From Bugula neritina (Eukaryota > Animalia > Bryozoa): a stretch of 64,000 bases of DNA. Shown here in pieces: positions 12,001 through 35,099 of this stretch. The stretch lies in the NCBI GenBank assembly GCA_964035545.1, contig OZ037765.1, positions 16,492,995 to 16,556,994 on the forward strand, written 5' to 3'. Position numbers and translations under genes: made by a program. The first letter of the stretch is position 1. Every line of letters begins with the position of its first letter. Under the pieces are notes generated by a model. That model saw only the letters and a list, made by a program, of their open reading frames with translations. It had not been told where the DNA came from and made no database searches.

Positions 12001-15000
12001 ATTGTTTCTTTGTGCAGGAAGGGGCGCTAGTGTTTTGAGGATCACCACCCATCTTGTCATAAATAGCCTTCCACAGTCTCTTTTTACAAACCTTCAATTT
12101 TACAAGTAAAGTTAAAAATGATTAATGGTATGTTTAACCCAATAAACTCAAGGGAGCAGGAAGGGCGTATTTAAACCGGGCTAAGGACTTATTCAAATGT
12201 GGCAAAAGACCAACTATGACTTAATGCTCTTCCTAACATCACCAATGGGGCAGACCCGCTGACCTCTGTTTTTCAGCTGCTCTCTATGTTTAATACAATC
12301 ACCAGCCAATAACGGGTGTGTTGAAAACAGGTCATGTTAAAAAAGCAAGTGAACACAAAAAGAAGGTTAAGGAAATTAGCCAAGAAGTTACAAGTAAAAG
12401 GTGGTGTAGACTAAGCTTTGTTGTAAATTTAGCTTTGACATGATAATACACTGCATTATATTAGCCAACAGCTTAGTACTTTCACAGAAAATATATTTTC
12501 AGACCCAGAGTTTTTCAAGCAGCTGACTAGAGCAGGCAATTAGTAGGTTTATTCAACTTCAACATGCTATTGAAATTATTTCCATGTATATTTTGATGGT
12601 ATGCTAAATAAAAATACTTAAAACATATCCTAAATTTATGAATGGAGTACCACTGAACATAGTACATAAATATTAGAACTATCTTAACTCATCTATCTAA
12701 CTCACCTATATTCAAATAAAAATTAAACCAAATTTAAAAAAAGTTTAAAAAATGAAGTTTAATGATTAAAATGGTTTCAATAATTTCAACACAAAATATT
12801 TTAAACAAACAAAGTTTTTAGTTTATTTTTTTTGACAAAACTAAAATGTCCATTGTAGTGGAAATAACATTTCAAAATCCTGCGTTACAAAGCATCACTT
12901 GACCAACACTGCCACAATGTATTTATCTAGTGACTACCTGCCAAGTTAACAGTCCTGGAACTGAGCATATTTATGTGGTTAGCCAAGCAGTTAAATTTAG
13001 TAGTGTTTCCTCATATTTTTTAAATAGTAGGTAGATGAACAAACACAGGGTAATTACTGGCCGAATTGGGCAACCATAGAAAGTATAAATGCAATGTTTT
13101 ACCTCTGTGAATCCTCCTGCAGAATACACATGCTTGAAGAACAAGTGGAGGTCAACTGAAATATTACAAAAGCAACACTATGCATGAAGATCCTTTTATT
13201 CATACCAGAAATCATTCAATAACATGCAAATCTTGAAAAAGCTTTTTTCTTTTTTACAAACTTTTCATTGCCAAACCTAAAATAGTTGGCTTTGTTATCG
13301 ACAATTAAATTAGACTAAAGCAAAACTCAGCTGGATCGACAATAAAAGTCATATTATATTATTAGCCAGCACCATAAAATGTTAGCAATGGAAGCATTCA
13401 AACCATTTTACAGCCAGCTTCAGTGATATATATAAGAACACCTTACCTATACCTTATCAATTAATAAGCAGCCATAAAAGGAAATTAAAAGATAATTTGA
13501 TTGAAGTTAAATTTAAGCTGATTATAGAAATACACTAAGTATTAAAGCATAGAGAAACTTAAAATTTGCATACCTCTCTTAAATCCCAGAGAAGGGACTT
13601 TAGATATTGGAGTTCCCACGTCCTTCATATGTTTATACAAAGTTTTAGTGAAGTGCTCTTTATTGGTTAAAATCTGCCTTATAACTTTCTCGTATCTTTT
13701 TGCTTCTTTTTGCTACCAAAATAAAAATAACAAGAAAATAGAGACACAAAGCCACAGCTAGCCTGTATGAGTATCATCAACATGGCTTTTGCTATGAAAA
13801 TAATATACTTCAAATTTAATGAAATAGTTTCAGGGCAGTTCAAATTGTACAAAGAAAATTTGTACAACGCTAAAGATTACCACATCTTGACTAAATTTAC
13901 TAGTTCTCATTCATGCTTACAGTTTTTGAGCAATTAAGTCATTGATTTAGCGTTAATATAAGATGAAGAACCATACACTAAGGCAAGTATGCTTAATCCA
14001 GCATTCATGGTAAACTTGAAATAGGGAGTAGAATTAGTAAGCTGGAAATAAATTATACAATATTTAATACACCTAACCAAGTTTCAAATGAACAAATTCT
14101 TAAGAATTATATGGTGCTGATTAGACTTGTATGCATAACTACAAGTAAATTTACATGTATTTCAATTTTTTAGTCAAACTAAGTCACCCTATATTATGTT
14201 TGAGTAGGTCAGATGCTACTGGGCAGGAAATGGCAAGAGAATGGCAACGGACCAATAGAATGAGAGACCTTATTGTAGTCACCTTATCAGCTTCAACAGA
14301 GGGTCTGCGGTTCATATCTGCAGAGGAGGTAGAGGCTAGATCCTTCGAGCAGCTCAACCCAGAACTGTTTACTTTGGGGGCACAGTTCTTACCCTTAGCT
14401 TTCTTTTTAGGCCTTCCTTTCAAGTTTGGAGCTACAATTAATCATAGCTGAAAGCCATTAATCCTGGTTGCCGTGGTTGCATGAAAATAAATTCATCTCT
14501 TTGAAAGAATGGACTTGGTCTTCTAAATTGTTTCTTTTAAATTTTAATCAAATACAGATTTCAACTTGATTCCCAGAAATTATTTATTATTTATTCCAGT
14601 CAAGAAAAATGTCAGAGTTTTTTATGCAGTAAGTTTACAAGAATTATAGTAGTTATGCTACTTCCCATTCCTGTTGCAAAATTGATTTTTCTTACTAAAT
14701 GAATTGAAAGCATACATCAGCTACCAGGAAACATAATATAATCAAAAAAGTATTTAAATGTTAGCATTGAGACTTGGGCTGATTAAAAAAGTACACAAGT
14801 AAACAAATGTCTACTGTATACCCGGCAATAACCTAACCCACTCCATTTCAGAGCCATGATAACTCACCTAGATGGTCACAGCGAAAGTCATGGTTTTCCA
14901 ACTCAGCACAAGGAAATGTTTCTTTACAAAACATGATGTATTTGTTTGGCTGAATATGTTTCAAATCATAAATGGCTGACAGCTTGGGGCAGTTGAGAAT

Positions 15001-18000
15001 TTGAAGGAAACTTAAGTCAGTAGCTGCGCGTTTTAAAACAGTCCTTAACTTGCAATAAGATTTCAAGTCTATTACTTGTACATTGCATGTCACACCATCT
15101 AAAAATTAATAAAAATTAGCCGTTCATACAGCCATAATAAAAAATCACAGCGAATGGAGCTAAAGGCTTATTTAAAAGGAATATGAAAGGTGCAATTTAT
15201 GAGCTACTGCCAGACTGAGAGATGCAAGTACTAAACACATGCAAACGTAGGGATACACTCCAGTCTAAAGTTAATTGGCCTTTTCACTCAACACATGAAA
15301 CTTTGGCAAAACTTGTAGAAATACATCTGCTGGCCAATTATTGCCAAATAATTTTTTCTAGTAGTTTTTAAAATAAATAATACAACCTTTCAAAAAATTT
15401 TGTAGCTACAATAACTGTTTTATTATTGATAACTGTAAGCTGAAGACTAGAAACTTGTAACCCACCTTTAACTAGAACAAACCTGATACTTAGAGCTCAG
15501 ATATTTTTTTATTAAACTAGCTCTATTATTCCTCAAGTTCAAAAATTTTAAAGTAACATTAGCATTAAAAGTTGGGGAAAATGCATATTAGTAAAAATAT
15601 ATACCTGACACATATCTTTTTGCACATCTATTGCAACTTTTACCACTTTGAAAAGAAGTTTGAGCAGTCTCGGTGGGCTTCATTAGTGACAACCCTGATC
15701 TCCATTCTACACCATCACAGATGATCCATTTTATTAGATCTTTAGCATGTACCACCATTTTATCAGTTGCCACCAGCTCATCCTACAATAATGCACAGCA
15801 CAATCCTTCTGTGTCAATTTCAGTACAACATTAATGAAGTTTGACAACTTTTTAGGAAGTTATTGAAAAAGTGACATAATTTTGATTTAAAATAGTCAAG
15901 CCTATCTATAAGGAATAATGACACCAAATTGTGTGAAAATATATGTAGGAATTACACTGTTTAAAGCAATAATTCTTAGGTCACTAATATCTTCCTCCTA
16001 TAAAAGGTGCCAGCTGTGGCTGTTCTGAGGATTACTAGAAATTACTTAGGGACAATGCTAGTTACACGCAGCTCTAACCATTGGTTTCGTCCCACTTGGA
16101 CGCTTTTTTATTTTGGTACAATGCTGAACATGAAATAAGCTACCAAGCCAGCTATTTGCTTAAACTCAATACTAATTTAGCTACAGTTTATTTTATTCAG
16201 GTTTCGGTAAGAACAGCACGTTGGACAAAAAATTTTTAAGTAGCAATATTTTACATGGTTTTATGTGTTTATTTTAGTTTTTTAGTTTATAAAAGGCTTT
16301 ATAAAAATAATATTAAAGTTTATCAGTAATCATTAATTTATCATGGACCCAATAACAGTCAACAGGCTTGCTGATGGCTTCTTTGCGTTCTATTATGTGC
16401 TAAATAATAGAATAAAATACATATATTACACTAAAATATATAAATATCGTCTAACTGGGAAGCGTCCAAGTGGAATGACACCTAACCCTTAAGGTATGAT
16501 AAACCTAGCAGTAGCAAAGTCAAGCGAAAACTTGATAAAAAACATAACATCAGAGCCAAGTATAGATATAATTAATACATGCACTGGAGCAACTATACAA
16601 TTTTGTGCGCAAAGCACTGGGGCATAAAATATTGCATATTTAATAAATGCCGCAATGGGGGAGGGGGGGAAGGGGGATATATTTTTTCAATTTAATAATG
16701 TACTTCAAAGAGAAACTTAAAGTTTATAAATTTTATTTTGAAATTAAAAATAAAATAACTTAATAAAATATTAATTAGTCTTCTTTTACCATAAAATCTT
16801 TAAAAATTATCTTTTAGTTTTAAAGTTCCTGTGCAAAATATATAGCTAGAATGTTTACAGAAATATCAACCTTCAGGAGTTGAAGTTAGTTGTAAACGTA
16901 TTATATAGTAAAACAATTTAGATTTTCACCAGTAAAGGTAGGAGTCACTACAGCATCCTAGAGCTAAAACTGGACAGGAATGCTTGAGCTATCAATAACA
17001 TATGTTGCTATGGCAACCAGACTGATTGGTTAGGAGCCAATAATCATAACTAGATAGCTGGAGTATAGCCCATCTAACTACTTATTAACTAGATGGCTGG
17101 TGGTGGAAGCCCTATCTTATAGTTATTAACTAAAATGAATTAGGATTTAATTTTTATCCTAAAACGGATTAAAACTTACTGAATTGTAAAGGTGTTAAGC
17201 AATACTAATAATTTACGGTCATATACAATAGATTTAACAAAAATCAATGATGGTATTCAATAAATATGAACCATAATTATATCAGCATTATTCATTACTG
17301 ACATTAAAATTACGCTGTTTGAAGCAAGTCTACTTGCTACAAGTAGTATTTATATGTAATAACTTTTTAAATGCTATATTATAGTACTGTATACCTACTG
17401 TATAGTATATAATATTTTTAGCAAGCCAAAACAAAGAAAAATAAAAGCTGATTATAATCTCATCTGTTTGTGCATAAATGTAGCTCAGATAAACATTGTA
17501 TGGGGTTATTTGTACCAAATTTGAAAATTCTAAAAAACTAACAAAAATTGAAATTTTTCAACAAGCTCATAGCATAGTCTGAAAGCAAGCATCAAGTCAT
17601 ATTAATCAACCCAGGATGTTATATAGCCTTGTCTTCAGTCTTGAAAATTAGACTGAGATTTATACAGTGGAAATCAGCACTGAGGAGAAAATTTTTAGTT
17701 TAATATCTAAATAGCTCTAATGAATTTTTAGAATATAAAAAGGTAGAAAGAAAATATCCAGTATATGCAAGCCATAGAATGATTGTAGATTGGAGCAAGA
17801 GTACAGTCAGCTTGGGTAAGCTCAGTAAGCATTAATTAATTGTGGGAAATATTCAAGTTAGTAAGCCTATAATAACAATCACCAGAGCTACTACTTAGTA
17901 GGTGAAGCTAGCATGCTGTAAGCTGGTATTAAAACTGCTTGAGCTTGAAATGTAGCTATTGTAGAAGTTAAGGTCTTATCATTATTTTAGCATTATTTCT

Positions 18001-18846
18001 TCTGGATACAATAGATGCATTCGCGGAGACAATCAACATTGTCAAGCAATGCAAGCATATAATCTCATATTCTAAACACTATCTGCGGCAGTATTATTTG
18101 AAGGCATTCCAACCATCACAAAAGTATTATACCACTAAATTTAGTAGTTTCTTATCATTCAGTTCGCATTACTAATAAAAAGTTGGCACAAACAAGAATT
18201 GCAATATTGAATGTAGCTGTTCAAGTCCACATGCTTACACTAAACTCCAGGAAAAAACATCGTACTTAGTTGTACTATGAGCTGCTATTTATAAATTTAA
18301 TTCAAATCATATGCATGATTTTGAATGCTGTTTACCAGTAGTTAACACTTGTATCATAAAAACTAGCTTTTCCTTAATAAACTAATACAATCCCAATAAT
18401 TCTCAGGAAACACTTTTCATTACACAACTGCATACTGCGCAGTCATATTTTATTATCATAAAATCTTTCACTTTAATTACTAGTAACAAAGTTAGTCAGT
18501 AAACTTGCTCATTGAACTACTCCAACATAAAGCTAGAGGTACCAGCACTTTAAAATCAAAACATGTTTTAAAAGCATTTATTTAAACAACTCACTTGGCC
18601 ATGGTGTGACTGACGGCCATCTGGAATTTGCTCTGGAAGAAAGTACAATCTCACTGATGTTAATGGGTGGCTGCTATAACGCCCTGTCCATACTAACTGC
18701 AGCTCCCCAATGCATATTGGGCTATTTTTGTTTAACCTCACGAAAAAAAATTTGCCCAACTTAATGTGTCGCCATTTTCTACCACTTTGGTATGAGAATG
18801 ATCGGAAGAAGGTGTAAGAGCCATGTTCACCAGACTGCCTTCCCAA
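9078..18846 (-). CDS. ARID5B: ARID5-family (ARID5B-like, N-terminal BAH-like region + ARID) transcription factor, paralog B; start-codon exon not resolved
   Basis: Exons (minus) 18846-18595, 15782-15605, 15098-14868, 14431-14283, 13712-13574, 13155-13103, 12091-11994, 11771-11531, 11175-9568 and 9386-9078; phases are consistent, ~1085 aa. LGRQSGEHGSYTFFRSF...FFFVR...PICIGELQLVW...LYFLPEQIPDGRQSHHGQDEL and CDHLAPNLKGRPKKK match the ARID5B N-terminus. FTKTLYKHMKDVGTPISKVPSLGFKRVDLHLFFKHVYSAGGFTEVCKKRLWKAIYDKMGG is the ARID domain. Confidence 0.92.
9997..10092. repeat. Coding tandem repeat, 24 bp x 4 perfect copies, encoding (VSTSSIST)4 in ARID5 paralog B
   Basis: cgtagaaatggaactagtagatac at 9997, 10021, 10045 and 10069. 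Confidence 0.97.
16083..16482. mobile_element. ~400-bp MITE with ~21-bp TIRs and 8-bp TSD (Merlin-like geometry) in an ARID5-B intron
   Basis: Left end GGTTTCGTCCCACTTGGACGC; reverse complement of right end GGTGTCATTCCACTTGGACGC. Flanks are TAACCATT (16075-16082) and TAACCCTT (16483-16490). The superfamily call is inferred only from the GG termini and 8-bp TSD. Confidence 0.8.
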
Positions 18847-21800
18847 CTGAAAATTCAAGACAATACCTATTAGATTGAGAAAAGTTTAAGGAAATCTAAT
18901 GGTTACTGAGCTAAATTTAATGATTCCACTTTAGTAAGTCACAACTGAAATATTTAACAATATTTCAAATTCTGAATATTATTTTTACCACTACTCTGTA
19001 AGGGAACATAACTCTGAAATGCAGCTGAGCAGGGTGCTAAAAGTTTACTACACAGGCTAAAAACACAGCAATACCAATAGCTGTGAAATACTGCCTGTTA
19101 AGATAAAAAGGTAGTAAATAAAATTATTTACTTGAGCCTAAAATATGTCATCTTCTTTCTTGAACACACTAGTTTATGAATATTAGATAACAGGAAAATA
19201 TTATCATGCTAGTCTTTGACCAAAGAATTTAGTGGGCACAACTCCCAAGCGCAAAAGATGGAAGAATGGAGCAGAAAAAATACATTAAAATCTTCATTCT
19301 AACTGTAGATAATTATTAATAACTATTGGCTTTGAAATATAAAATAAAGCAAGCATTGGTACATAGCTGTCTATTTCTTAAGTTAATCATTCACTTTGCA
19401 CAATCATAGATTGTGTAACCATTAACTGCTAAGTTTAACTACCCACTATATTTTCAATATGATTGTCATGAGTTTTGAATGTCACCTTTCCAGTTCGACA
19501 AGAAATACTGTATATACTACATATAGCTAACTATTATAAAACATAAATTCATTAAAAAAGCTAAACAACTACTAACTTGCTATAAAATTATAAAAACAAA
19601 TAAATTGTAAAACTTGCTACCGAAGGAGACCAGCAGTGCAGGCAACTTGGGTTACAAAGCTAAGCAACATTTTGACTAACTAGTAACTACTAGTACACAG
19701 TATTTTACTTGCATTACAAACTCATCAGCAAACAAAAACAGTATAAATTAAGATAATTATAATAATTTTTAAACATAAAGATAATTTTTTTCTCGGACAA
19801 AACAAAATTGAGAGATAGAATTTTATTTAGTATAAATGGTTTTTCAAGTACTACAATGCTTTCAATCCACTTGTAAACCTAGAACATCACATTAATATAA
19901 TGGCAAGTGGTAACTGCTAGTGTAAACTGGTAAAAACTACAAGCTGGACATGAATATCACCAGCTGCAAAATGAACTTATCGGAGCTTGCAAAAAGCAAA
20001 ATGATATTTCAACCATAATATTTACAAAATATGAGAGCTTTTTACTAGCAGCATCAATTAAGCAAAGAAATAAATTTAAAATCCAATTAGCCAAGGACAA
20101 TGTAATTGTTTTTAGTGAGATGGTCTAACAAAAATAAAACAGCAGTAAAACGAGTTCATTCTTTTGGCAGTGACAACATGCTGAAAAGAAGTGAATAAAA
20201 ATATCTATTTATTGGATTTTTATTGTTTAAGATGATGCAAGAAGCACAAATTTATACAAGTTTTTAATCAGGCTTGTGAGGTTTAAGACACTATATTTAA
20301 TTATTATAGTAGTCAAGGTATAGAGAAAATGACCATTGATTTTACGGTTTAAGATTCTACTGGGCCTAAATTTTTCTATATCATAGAGTAAAATGCCAGG
20401 GAAAAACATTACAGTATCCTTTTCCATAATCAATTTGTTCAATTTCTACTCTTATTTCAGTCCGAAATTTCAATTATTTCAAGGAAAAATAAAGTTAAAC
20501 TAGAAAAAAAACTGAACATCAACTTAACAGTCAATTTTAAAATGAAGCATAAATATACTCACTTTGTGTCTGTTTGCACGAGCATAAAATTAAATCACGC
20601 AAGTGCTGAAATTTTATAAAGAAAATGACTTAGTACATTAGCTTGTTTAAAATAAATTGCATTAAACTCATATTAAACCTGTAAAATTTGAACAGGTGAG
20701 AAACTGCCTATTGTCAAGTAATCAAGTGCCTTCCATACTAATATTTTTAACTATAACTATCTTAAAGTTTGTTGAAATTATTTGTTCATTCATAGGCAGG
20801 AGAAATAAAGGGGAGATTACGATGGAATAAATAAATATTATGGATTTAAACCAACAGTTTAAATAAAGCAGAGGATTTAAGAGTAAGAATCAAACTGCTA
20901 AGAGTAAGAGGGGAAGTAGACCAGAAAGTCCCGATTTTGATACACTGAGTGAGATATGTAGGTTACGCGGCAGAAATATAAACGCAGACTCTTATTGATA
21001 AGTTAAAAATAAATACCCACTAGTTAACCTGGTACCGCTTGCTGCTAGTATAAGTTGCACACAGTATATAATTATATAAAATATGTTTTAGAATAAGTCC
21101 GCAATAAATAAAACTTTCAGTAATAAAAGAATGGTTCTCTTTCATGGGCTGAAACAAAATATAGTTATACAACTATTAGCTCTGTAATTTTCCATAATAC
21201 TTTCTCAAGGCAAAATTTTTTCAAATTAATATTACAGAAAACAGTATTGACTTTATGCCCAAACATATATTAATGGCGCAATCACAAATAGTAAAACTAA
21301 TGTTGATAGAGATGATAATTATAATGTACTTATATTAAGCAACTATTTTAATCATATAATCACAATGATTATTATAATTATAAACATAAATTATACCATT
21401 AGCATAAGTAAAATGATTGCTATATTACAATTAAAACCATCACCACAAACTTAAGGATAATGCTGCTTAACTTTACTTTAAAATTATTAAATAGGCCATG
21501 AATTTAAATTATTATTGCCATTTAAAATAATATTTTTCTTTAGAGCTAGAACTTGCATTCTACCTGTAGATCTTGGCAAGATTAGGATAGCCTATTTTTA
21601 AAGATTAGTTGCTTGGAATTTTTTGGCAAATCCATTCAGTGAACTTTAAAAAGCCAGTAACTATAGTTATACTGTAAGTAGTTCTAAATCAAACTCAGAA
21701 AAAAAGTAAAAAAGTTAGTACTGACAGTAAACGAACACATTACTTAGCCTTTATTTTTATTTTTTGTGGCCATGGCAAAGACTGGCCTTGAGTTTTAGAG

Positions 21801-21959
21801 GCAGTCACTTGTACACTCAGAGTACATAAAATTAAATCCAAACTGTGACCAGGTCAAGTAATTAAAATTAAAATGTAGTAAATTTGAAACTAAGTGTATA
21901 CAAAAGTTTAAGCTACTCAAGACAAACTCCAAGTTGAGTTTATGAAATGAAACTGTTTT

Positions 21960-22500
21960 ACTACCATCAATTTTACTATCTTATCACTATCACTAGTATT
22001 AGTATTACTCCTACTACTCAATTACTATTGCCATTAGTTTAAATTATTAATGAAATAATTTAGCAATTCTCATAGTAGTAATACTAATAGTTATAGTCTC
22101 ATACTATTAATATTTATTATTATTATTAGTATTACTATTACTATTAGTAGTACACCTGCAGCAATCAATATAATGATGATGATGAACATCATTTATTATT
22201 ATAATCATAATTTAAATTAAAATTAAAACTATAAATACTATAATGATATTCAAATTAAAATTCATTGCGAATAACAACTAATACTAATACTAATAGTAAT
22301 ACTATTAGTATTACTATTACTATTAGTATTAGTATTTCAATTAAAATAACCTCAATCAGTACCAGCATGAAAGACAATCACAATGTAAATGAAAATCAAA
22401 CATAATATTATCATAATTATAATCATAATGATTATCATTATGTAGTGACTGTGATGTTCATGTTGACTGTGAGTGTGTACTCATCCTCGATGTGAGTGTA
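21960..22500. repeat. Degenerate hexamer-periodic AT-rich low-complexity tract upstream of ARID5-B
   Basis: Runs such as atactaatactaatagtaatactattagtattactattactattagtattagta and atcataattataatcataatgattatcattatg; boundaries approximate. Confidence 0.75.
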
Positions 22501-23937
22501 GTCGTAGAATAAGAACAGAAGTCAAACATACACAATAAAAGTTGAAAAGCAAAGTATTTACACTGCAAGTGTTAATTTAAAATATTACCTTAATGATTGA
22601 AGGGGGCATATCAGATTACGGTAGGAAAAACTTCAGTTACGCATCGTTATCAAATTCAATGATACACAATCATTTTGACTTTTTATTTTTGGTTGAATTC
22701 TCAAATGGCTTTATTACCAGCAAATGTGGAAATTCTAGTCTACGCAAAGGCTTACATGTGACGTCACACCTGTAACTACAAATTAAAACATTTAATATAT
22801 TTGCATAAAACAATCAAATTTTTAAAAATTATGTTGTGAAAGCAAACTTGGTATGTATTTGCATAATTGGACAAAGTATCACCACCTCTAAAATAGATTT
22901 TGCTACAAAATATTTAATTTAAAGTTTGTAACAGTAATTTTTCCCATAATTCTACGCAGCTCTGAGAAAAATTGAAGTTTAGTACTCGAAAATGTCGCGA
23001 AAATTTAGTATTAGAAGGAACAACTCCCTATAGCAGCTCTAACCCATTCATCTGTATTATATATGTAACTTTGGTGGTTAGTAAGTAGGTCAACTCATAT
23101 TTATATAAACACACAATTTTACCCTATGCTATCAGTCAGCTTAGGTTGTTATCAATATACACTGTCAGTTTAGCTATTTGGAACATGACCTACTATACTT
23201 TAAGTGCCCTATTGCTATTTGATGAAAACATTGGTATAGTTTGTATTGCATTTGTAAGGTTAGAAGCTGTACTGAATTTGTAGATTACAAATTAACTTCA
23301 TAAAAGTATACGAAATAGAGTTTTTTGATAACTAAATGCAGTGCAATAAAAATTTAACAGACAAAAATGTAGAAAAGTTAGGAAAATACCTGAATATTTG
23401 GATTTATTTGCCAACACTTTATTAGTTTATGGCAACAACCAAATATATGTATATTTTAGCAGCAAGATTTTTGTAAATGTGATTTTATACAGTAGCGCAC
23501 ACTAAATAAATCAAAGTGACTCATATTAATGTTACCAAGCATATTATTTGTTATGTTGTTCTAGGTCTAAAATAAGTTGCTTTATATAAAGTATGCATTT
23601 AAATTCAATTTGATGATGCAGAAACCTTTCTCAAAGCTCTACTTCTCGAGATATGAAAATCTATACCTAAAATGCGTAGCTATTTTGAGAGCAATATCAA
23701 GATGTTTGGGTAATAATAAAATGTATTTTTAAAATGTACAACAATTAATATATATCAAAAACTGCAGAAGTAAAGATAATCTTGTTACTTAACATAATGA
23801 GAAGTCATTGCAACAAAATTGGTAAACACAGATTTACAAAGAAATGTATGTTAATAAATTTAAATGTGAGAACAAGCAAGATTGAAATGACACATAATAT
23901 ATGAGCTGCTTCGCTGCCTGGCAATATCCGAACTGAG

Positions 23938-33956
<10,019 letters not shown>

Positions 33957-34019
33957 TATCGGTTCAAGCTGATAAAGCTCTGCATAATAAAAGTAATACA
34001 GTTTATTTATATAAAATGT

Positions 34020-34350
34020 TGTAATGAGAAATCAGTCGATAACTAGTGATTCAGTAATGACTATTAGTATTACTCGAAGTAAAAGTAACCATGTAACGAC
34101 TGAAGTGATATTAATATTAGTATTACTCACTATGACTCATACTTATACTATGAGTATGAGTATCACTGGCAATCATAATCATCATAATGATAAAGATAAT
34201 CAGTGATAATCATAATGTCATTGATAATCATAATGATATTATTAATATTAGTATTACACTTACAATTAGTATTACTTATAGTTATTAATAATATTAAGTA
34301 TTATTAATATTAGAATTTATATTGAAAATGATTATCATTATGATTATGAA
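34020..34350. repeat. Degenerate hexamer-periodic tract in the putative first intron of DHX15
   Basis: atgactattagtattact, actatgagtatgagtatcact and aatcataatcatcataatgat; boundaries approximate. Confidence 0.7.
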
Positions 34351-34559
34351 CGATTAACCATCCTAAACCTCAAACCTGTAAACTGAAACACGCTGAAAAT
34401 TAAATTTAATTCAGATTGAGATTCAGGTTTGCATTGTGATTGTTGCTACGCAAAAAGATGACCAACTGTTGATTTATTGCTTCAAATAATAGAAAGTGTT
34501 GCTGATAAATTGTAATTTGTAACTCAGTTTAACTTTTGAAGCATTCATGGTGCAACATT

Positions 34560-35000
34560 TTGAGTTTTTCTCGTGAACTTTTACAGATAATAATTATTTT
34601 ACTTCGCCTTCGGCGGCGTGCGTCGACCTTGACGTCCACACTTTCTCGTTTGTAAAAGATAGAATATTGCCTATTTTAGATACGGAATTTATTGGGAAGA
34701 TAACTTATCAGCGCAAAAATCGATTAGACCGAATATTGCTAGAAACAGCACCATGTTGGTAGTCAATTAATGTATTGGTTTCTAGGTTTCGAGTATAGCG
34801 TTGGGGGGCACTAAACTATAGTTTCAGTTCAGTGGTTGGGGTTTAGAATTTAGGTTACAATTCTGCACCCAGTCACCATCAACTTAGTGCTGTTGCTAGC
34901 AATCTTTTCAGCGTGCGCATGTCACAATATTATTATCTTCTTGAAGTTGAAGTGCAATTGCGAACAACTACAAGTCTCGCTGACTGATATTTTACTTTTA
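34560..35000. promoter_or_regulatory. Putative bidirectional promoter of DHX15 (-) and POLR2L (+), including a candidate non-coding DHX15 exon ending at 34603
   Basis: Local CpG cluster (ttcgccttcggcggcgtgcgtcgacc, gacgtcc, gcgtgcgc) in otherwise CpG-poor DNA between divergent genes. Minus-strand donor GAA|GTAAAAT at 34602; matching acceptor at 33980-33981. Confidence 0.6.
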
Positions 35001-35099
35001 ATATTAATATAAATATGGTTATCTTGAGCTTTAAATTTAAAGTTTAATCTGTTAAAAGTAACTCTTATCTGTATCAATATTATTATCCATAATTTAGTT

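Noticed and set aside
19486-20585. Candidate ARID5-B start: exon 20585-20563 (MLVQTDT) plus a 22-nt microexon 19507-19486 that would restore frame into 18846
   Set aside because: Frame-compatible, but the microexon acceptor is weak and there is no recognisable homology; it needs cDNA evidence, so it was left out of the gene model.
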